Part shown: positions 55,943 through 64,000 of the stretch, piece by piece
How positions within the stretch are numbered: the first letter of the stretch is position 1
How the letters are laid out: each line of letters begins with the position of its first letter
Assembly: GCA_951406725.2 (NCBI GenBank)
Contig: OX597818.1
Location: 109,306,001 to 109,370,000 of the forward strand
Direction: 5' to 3'
DNA length: 64,000 bases
DNA from: Octopus vulgaris
Lineage: Eukaryota
Position numbers and translations under genes: made by a program
Notes under the pieces: model-generated
What the model saw: the letters and a program-made list of their open reading frames with translations, nothing else
The model's database searches: none
Told to the model about the DNA's origin: nothing

Positions 55943-56250
55943 GCAGAAACAAGGAAAATGCCACTTGTATTTGAACACTATACAAATATTCTTTTAAAAA
56001 AACTTTTCTTTTAATTTTTCTAAAATTTAATTGTTTCCATACTTACAGTTGAAAAAGTCTCAATGACTGAAACCAGTACTGAAATGTTTTTTATAAGATT
56101 ATTTCAGCATTTTCTACTTTATTTTGTTAAATATACCATAAGCTCTTGCTTTTTTTCATTTTAATTTCATATAACACTTGGGATCCACTTATGGAGGCCA
56201 CTAGTCAAGCATATGAAATAGCATACAAAGCTAATGTCATATTCTGTGTG

Positions 56251-57033
56251 TGTGTGCGTGTGTGTTATGCAACTATGTACCATGTTTGTATGTATGCATG
56301 GATGTGCATCTCTATATGTGTGGGTCCGTGTCTCCATGTGTGTCTTTGACATAAATATTTTCTGCTCGTTTTGTACATATTTAAGTATTTCATGTGCCGG
56401 GATGAAGGAAGGGACAACTACTATGCTGATGACAGACATAGAAACAGAAACACATCTCCACAGATGCCTTCTTGTACCCAGACAATCAGACCATCTTTTC
56501 TTTAAAGGCATGTCAATATCAGAGAATTCTTGATTCTTCTGATTATTTCTCTTTCTGCAGCCAGTTGCAATTGCCATAAGGTATTGATCATTCCTCTGTG
56601 AAAGGGAAGATAATTTCAATAAATTAAAGAATTTAGGTATTTGATACACCATTACTCATATTTATTGTCCATATTCATACTAATCTGAGTTATATCTCTT
56701 TACTTACTTTTCCACATATGTATATGTGTGTGCATGCACATAGCTAGCTAGATGGATGGATGGATATATATATATATATGTTCTACTTATAGGTACAATA
56801 CCAATATAGTCACACAAGAAATTAACAGACCTCCTAAAATAGAGAGTTTTTCAATATTTAACACAAAAAATAAAGAACTAGATTAATTTGGACAGACAGT
56901 AAACTAACAGGCAAGTTGACAGATATTCAATAAAAAGAAAAATTGGAAATACAAAACCAATATAGTCACAGTACAACTGTAGACAAGGCGATAGCTTTGC
57001 AATACAAAACTTCAAGGGATAAAAGAATATGAT

Positions 57034-57065
<32 letters not shown>

Positions 57066-58641
57066 CATACACACATATACACTGGAATAACAAAATAAGA
57101 CAGCTTTACAATATCAAAATTGGAAGTATGAAAGCAATAACAATACATGGTGAAATAATAGACAAGACAGCTTTGCTTTATAAATATTGTGAAACAAAAC
57201 CAATATAGTTACTCATAAGTGAAAATAAGGTTAGTGATGAAGAAATATTTCATATACATGTGTGTATATGTGTGCATGTGTGTTTATGTATATAAAGCTA
57301 TAGCACTATTTTTGTAAATTTGGCAAACATTGTGTCTTAATGTGTTAACACCATAAATTTTTATATTTACTTTATATTGAGTGGTTTAAAACGAGTAAAT
57401 ATAGTGTGACATCAAAATTTAAGCTCCAGGATATACTGTATGAGTGAATCAATCAGCATGTATGTATGTATGTGCTTGTTCATATATTATATAAGACATG
57501 TAGAAGCACACATAGGATGTAAAAAATAGATTACCAAATTCTCTCATGGAATCAAACCACTTATCACTCACATGCTGGGTGTTCACCCGGCGTACAATGG
57601 ATATTGGTTCGATTCCATGAGAGAAGGAATTCTATGAGCTTTTGTAGATGCCAGGACCATTATTTAAAATTTACATTATATTTTAAATAATGTGTGCATG
57701 TGAGAGAGAGCGAGAGGTGGGGATGTGTGAATTCAATGAGTGAAATACATAAAAACAATGCATGCATGTTTATGTACATACATACATACATACAATTACA
57801 GATTCAAACAACATGAATGGAACTGTAAAACATTGTAAAACTTTCCAGAGGTTTGGTATTTAAGTATATATGTGCATGTCTAGACATGCAACTATAATGC
57901 ATGAGAATACACGCATAAAACATACAAATCTGTACATGCACTTACTCCAAACACTACAAACATGCACACAAACATGCAAACACACCCTGTTGATGTTGTT
58001 AAAATTTCAATAAGGGAGCCTTAAATCTAGGTTAGAAAGCGGTTCTTTCTCTTCTGACAAGAAATCTTGCAATAAACCTGAAAAACACCATACATAAAAG
58101 AAATGCATACAAGCACACAGTGTGAGGGTAGATGGGCAGTCAACATAATGCCAATGAGTGCTTATGTGAGATATCCTTTTAAATGCAGTGTTCATTGGTC
58201 TCTATAAATGTACATTAATAAGCAATTACTCAATAGATGGCTGGGCCACAGTTCGCAGGGAGTGTATATCAGCTCACAATTACATCTACCTCAATACTTG
58301 ATGGATATTTATTCTATTCATCCCAAAAGGATGGAAGATGAGTTAACCTTGGCAGGGTTTGCATTCAGAATGTACAGAGTAATTATGTCCCTCTCTTGAT
58401 CATTTCATACCTAGAACTACATTTTCACTCCTTCTCCAAGTTGCTAAAGTATACTTTGATGTGAAATTAAGCTGCTTTTTCTAGCATATCAAGTCTCTTA
58501 GTTAATTCATGCTTCTATCTGTGTGTATAAACTCATGAAAGTGTCAGTGAGAGAAAGACATTCAGAATACTACTGGTGGAACAGAAGTTAGTATTGAATG
58601 CTATGGACAGAAGAAATCGCTCAGAAAAAGAATTTATATAT

Positions 58642-58676
<35 letters not shown>

Positions 58677-59205
58677 GTGAGAATTTACAAAAAAAAAAAA
58701 AAACAAAAGATGAAGACAGGTGTGTAAACAACAAACAGATGTATTAGTTTAACGCCTGGGAAGTGAGAAAGTCTTTTATGCTTTGAGCCAACACTCTTCG
58801 ACAGAAAGGAATAAAAAAAGGTTAATGGCTTGCGATCTATCATGGTGAATATATATATATATATATATTTTTTTACACTGGCCCCTATTGCATATGCAAT
58901 CATTTCTTTCACCTGATTGTTGTTCTCAGGGTTTTGGGTGGGTGCAGTCCAGCCATGCCAGCGCTCTGTGGTGCTTTTCTACACTGCTGAAGTGATGGGG
59001 GGGTGGTCTTCCCTCTGTGACCTGGTGGGGCAGAATCTACAGACAAACACATATACGCAAATGGAGACTGACACACATGATCATATATACACACACTTTA
59101 CTCCACACAAGGACACACATGGAGACACGGACCTACACATATAGAGATGCACATCCATCAATACATACAAACATGGTACATAGTTGCATAACAGACATGC
59201 ACACA
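56251..59205. repeat. 98-bp inverted repeat; arms 56251-56348 and 59108-59205
   Basis: Manual ungapped alignment gives 92 of 98 positions complementary. Confidence 0.9.
57539..57625. other. 87-nt nested palindrome / predicted long hairpin
   Basis: Outer stem TTCTCTCATGGAATCAAACCA / TGGTTCGATTCCATGAGAGAA (20 of 21); inner stem ATGCTGGGTG / CACCCGGCGT. Confidence 0.8.
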
Positions 59206-59601
59206 CAAGGAGACAGAGGTGCATACATATACAAACACACGCTCGCACACACACATACATAGAAAATACACAAACATAGACATGCAAGCACATGGATATA
59301 CAGGATACATACATACAGATGCACACAGACACATATATACATACATGCACATGCATACATACACACATACATACATGCATGCATAGGCACACACACACAC
59401 ACACTGACCCACACACAGGCACGCAAACAAACAAAAAGGAACGCAGTGTAAATAATGGACAGAGTCAAGACTACTGAAAAGGTTGCAAGACACAATGAAC
59501 ATTTTAGGAAAATAAAAATAAGAAATAAGTGGAACTTTTACCGGTGAGTGTGTTACATCATAAGGCACAAAAAGAAAATGACTCTCCCCAGACAAAACAA
59601 A

Positions 59602-59653
<52 letters not shown>

Positions 59654-59674
59654 ATGCATGCGTGCGTGTGTGTG

Positions 59675-60185
59675 TGTAAGACAAATGACTCATGAGACAG
59701 GAATCCCAAAATCAAATACCCATTGCATTTTGAAGCAAGTTCATCAAAAGTGGTACATTCCAAAATTAATCTACTCTCTAAATGAAGACAATCCTGATCG
59801 GAGAGTTGAATTTTGTGAGTGGCATCATGGAAAATTTGAGAAAGATGTAGCATTTCCATCCAAAATTGTTTGGAGTGATGAGGCCAGGTTTAAGTTAAAT
59901 GGCTCAATTAACCAGCATAATTGCACCTAGTGGACTCCTGAAAATCCACATGTTACTATGAAACAAGAAGTAGTGTTGATTTCCCTCCAATGGACTTCTT
60001 TTTTATTGAGATGTGTCAAAGATAAGGGTTACAGCTCAAAACCGGCAACAGTCAATGAGTTGAAAGAGGAAATTGAAAGACAATGACCTGCAGTTCCAAA
60101 TGAGATGCTTTGTAACTGCTAAATCCATTGGTCTGTGTTACTGGCTGCATTTGGGAAGCAATGGTCATCAGTTTGAACATTTGTA
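59675..60185 (+). mobile_element. Tc1/mariner-superfamily transposase remnant with internal deletion
   Basis: ETGIPKS..HCILK...LNEDNPDRRVEFCEW...[28 protein letters not shown], then PMDFF...VKDKGYSSKPATVNELKEEIERQ. Confidence 0.88.
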
Positions 60186-60500
60186 AACATGCATATATCC
60201 ATTAATAAGTCAATAAACAATGAATTTATTGTTATTTAAAGAGTGACTACATAAGCGGGTGGGGGCACATCCGGTAGAAACTGACCCGCTGTTGATTTCG
60301 CTAATCAATATTTAGCTGTTTGATCCACTGAATGAGCTGCACTGACATAGGTAGTTAATTTTTAACCTGACCAGTACAATCCATCAAATGGACTTCCAAA
60401 CACATTCTATCCACCTATTTTCACTCATTCAAGGTTAGAATTAACTTAAGGTTATCGTAAAAGACACCTGTCTATGATGCCACACAGTGGTATTGAAACA

Positions 60501-60732
60501 AAGGCAGCGAGCTGGCAGAAATGTTAGCACATCGGGCAAAATGCTTAGCAGTATTTCGTCTGCCACTACGTTCTGAGTTCAAATTCCACCAAAGTCAAAT
60601 TTGCGTTTCATCCTTTCGGGGTCGATTAAATAAGTACCAGTTACGCACTGGGGTCGGTATAATCGACTTAATCCGTTTGTCTGTCCTTGTTTGTCCTCTC
60701 TGTGTTTAGCCCTTTGTGGGTAGTAAAGAAAT
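60501..60732 (+). mobile_element. SINE family B with 11-bp TSD, inserted in a decayed family A copy
   Basis: GGTATTGAAAC at 60489-60499 and 60734-60744. Confidence 0.9.
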
Positions 60733-61558
60733 CGGTATTGAAACCAGGACCTCATAATTGCAATGTGAACTTCTTTTCTTTATCATTTTAAAATAGCTAA
60801 AGCTGCATCTCAAAGATAAGACTCTGCTTTCAGAGTCCAAAAATACTTCAGCTCCAATTAGTTGACAGGTTTCAAGTAACACCCACAAACAATGGAATAT
60901 TGTTTCCACATCTGAGGGAATGATGTTCTTGCACAGACAAACACCTTAAACCCATATCCAGTACTGGATGACTGGGTGACTGGCAAAAACTCATTCACCA
61001 ACACATTATAACTATGAACCTGCAGATACACTCCCCCCCACCTCTCTCCCTCCCTACCACCACTATTACAATGGCATCTTCTACTTTGAGCGAGATGGTA
61101 GCTAATAACAAATCACCTCCCCTGATATCATCATCATCATCATCATCATTTTTTTTCTTTCTCTCTCACCTACTGCAGTGGTGCCTCGCTGTCCACTTCC
61201 ATTCCTGCCACTATAGTCAGAGCAGCAACTGACAACCGTTCCCTCTGTACCCATGTTTTCCCTACAGACATCAATTTACAGATGTTCTAAGTGAACAACT
61301 GTAACTGTGTAGGTCTCAGCAGTCTGAAGAGACCTGCAAAGGTCGTTGGCACTACTGTCTCTTCACCCACACTAAGCTGCCATAGAAGCCATAAATAATA
61401 GATAATATCCACATGATTGCTAGTACAATGAGAAATTTGGAATGTAATGAATGAACCAGTAAAATGAAAGGTCAATAAGAGAGCAGAAATATTAGCTGAA
61501 AAGAGAGATGTAATGAGGGAAAAATTAGAGTCTGCTATGGAACAGCTTTAGCTCTTCT

Positions 61559-61593
<35 letters not shown>

Positions 61594-62359
61594 TGAGAGA
61601 GAGAGAGAGAGAGAGAGGAGCAGATGGAGAGAGTGAGAGGTGGGCTGAGAAAGGGGACAAGTGAAAGAGCGGGTGAAAATGTGACACTGGGATAGAGACA
61701 TGGAAAGAGAGGGTGAGGGGCATAACAGAGAGTGAGGGAAGAAGAAATGAAACTGAGGGGAAAGATATAGGGAGAAATAGTGAGAAGGAGTGAAATACAG
61801 AAGAGTGAAAGAGTAAAGAAGAAGTCAGAGTGGAAAAGGAAAGAGAAATTGTGTATGTGATTATGAGAGAGAGAGAGAGGGAGAGCATGCCTACAATTGT
61901 GTGTGCATATTTACACACATTCATGTAAGGACATCCTCTAGTTTTCTCTGTTTACTGCTCGTTAGTTGAACACCCAGAATCCAAAAGTTGGTGTCTGAGT
62001 GTAACCTGGTAACAAAGCACTACTACAATAGTAATCACTTTTCTTTAACTTATAAATGTGCAAATACAAAATAATTCAATTGGCAATGTAGTACAAGCTA
62101 GCTCTAGACTTGAACCTAAAGCCTCATATATACAACTGAAAAAATTCTTGCTTAATATGAGGCAGCAACTCTATTTCACAGCAGAAGATAATTCTATTTA
62201 ACAATCATAAAATTTTTTTTTTTTATATTCTGCTTATTAGAATGTTTCCATGCTGTTTCCATACACTTTGTTGATTTTCTTTTCTATTCTGTGATACTGT
62301 TTAGCTTCTGCATTTTGCTTCATGCATGTTATTCCTTGAATGAGAAATACAACAAAAGG

Positions 62360-62744
62360 ACTCTTTTACTCTTTTACTTGTTTCAGTCATTTGACTGCGG
62401 CCATGCTGGAGCACCACCTTTAGTCAAGCAAATCGACCCCGGGACTTATTCTTTGTAAACCCAGTACTTATTCTATCGGTCTCTTTTGCCGAACCGCTAA
62501 GTGATGGGGACGTGAACACACCAGCGTCGGTTGTCAAGCAATGCTAGAGGGACAAACACAGACACACACACAAATGTATACATATATACGACAGGCTTCT
62601 TTCAGTTTCCGTCTACCAAATCCACTCACAAGGCATTGGTCGGCCCAGGGCTATAGCAGAAGACACTTGCTCAAGATGCCAGGCAGTGGGACTGAACCCG
62701 GAACCATGTGGTTGGTTAGCAAGCTACTTACCACACAGCCACTT
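62360..62744 (-). mobile_element. SINE family A, near-consensus
   Basis: (CTCTTTTA)n tail followed by the reverse-complement body and head. Confidence 0.9.
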
Positions 62745-63440
62745 CATTGTACTATAACTTGCAGTTATATAAATTCCCTTTAGATAACTAAATTCTGACA
62801 TATTTAAATCAGCCATTTGCCTAACACTACTTGGATTTCGTTTGCCTTACACCTCAAACATGTTTCCAGCCCTTTATCCATCACAGAACTGTGTTTTCTG
62901 AACTCCGGTTACCTCTTAACTCTAGAATTATTTACTCAATTTGTTTATGCTACATACTTATTTGTCTGTTCTATGGCCATTTTCCCATGCTTGCATGGGT
63001 TAGACAAATATGTTATTGAGGCATTGCTTTACAGCCGTTCCTTCCACAAGCCCTGACTTGGGTTTTGGGGGGGAGAGGGGGTAAGGGACCTCTTATTCTA
63101 TGTGGCTTGAAGGCACAAAACAAACAGGCAATTTGTTGAGAGGAAAAGTGAAAACAACAATGCTGCATGAAACTTTGTAACTCTTGTACAAACTAGTAAA
63201 CAAACACAGACACGTGTATAAGCATACACACACACACACACATATATATATACAAATAAAATGGTCTTCTTTCTGTTTCTATTAATCCATACAAAGTTGC
63301 TGTAGAAGGAATTTGCCAAAGGTACTGCAGTGGGACAGAATTTAAAACTACGTGGTTAAGAAGCAATCTGGTTAATAATCACACAGCCATGACTGTACAC
63401 ACGCGCGTGCGCACACACACACACACACATGTGCGCGCAA

Positions 63441-63502
<62 letters not shown>

Positions 63503-63526
63503 GCGCATGTTTAGTTTATTCACACT

Positions 63527-63747
63527 TTAAACCTTTAGCATTCGGATTATTGTGTCAAATACAATATGTATTTCTTCACATTGTTTTGAATTAATCATGC
63601 ATTATCTCATAGCTTTGAGATCTTGACATGATTGCTTATTTTCAGAATGGCATTGTAAGCTAGGTGTGAGGGGTCAGATTTGGGTGGTTTGAAAATAAAG
63701 CATGTAGAATATTTGAGCCAAATATGGCCAGTCAACATACTAAAGGG
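63527..63747. mobile_element. piggyBac-like MITE, homologue of 22456-22682
   Basis: TTAAACCTTTAGCATT ... ATACTAAAGGG; the interior matches the reverse complement of the first copy. Confidence 0.65.
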
Positions 63748-63760
63748 ATGTATCTATGCA

Positions 63761-64000
63761 TACTCTTTACTCTTTTACTCTTTTACTTGTTTCAGTCATT
63801 TGACTGCGCCCATGCTGGAGCACCGCCTTTAGTCGAGCAAATCGACCCCGGGACTTATTCTTTGTAAGCCCAGTACTTATTCTATCGGTCTCTTTTGCCG
63901 AACCGCTAAGTGACAGTGACATAAACACACCAGCATCGGTTGTCAAGCAATGCTAGGGGGACAAACACAGACACACAAACACATACACACACATACATAT
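63761..64000 (-). mobile_element. SINE family A 3' half (runs off the window)
   Basis: Nearly identical to 62360-62580. Confidence 0.9.

Noticed and set aside
56420-56455. CTGATGA...GAAA hammerhead-like boxes
   Set aside because: No pairing for stem II or the flanking stems.
56500-56597. Minus-strand frame GMINTLWQLQLAAEREIIRRIKNSLI, spaced like the missing Greatwall helix-C exon
   Set aside because: Low similarity for a search of this size, wrong phase, an in-frame stop and no SPF motif; likely chance.

Overview
Eukaryotic, AT-rich, repeat-saturated genomic DNA. The SINE, LINE and microsatellite content looks like an octopus (coleoid cephalopod) genome; this is my recognition of the repeats, not a database result. 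Only one host coding exon is firmly readable: a 140-bp minus-strand exon (4079-4218) encoding part of the kinase domain of Greatwall/MASTL. Its neighbouring exons are not visible, so most of the window is probably intronic. The rest is (TA)n/(CA)n microsatellite, at least four tRNA-derived SINE families, a (GAT)n-tailed retro-repeat with variable tandem heads, decayed LINEs (CR1/Jockey-group, RTE, R4/Dong-like), Tc1/mariner remnants and several MITE-like elements. A ~5.2-kb block is duplicated across a 100-N gap, most likely an uncollapsed haplotype. Nearly all long ORFs in the track are microsatellite artefacts. I found no convincing new multi-gene system. The best leads are an 87-nt nested hairpin, a 98-bp long-range inverted repeat, the orphan Greatwall exon and modular retro-element architecture.
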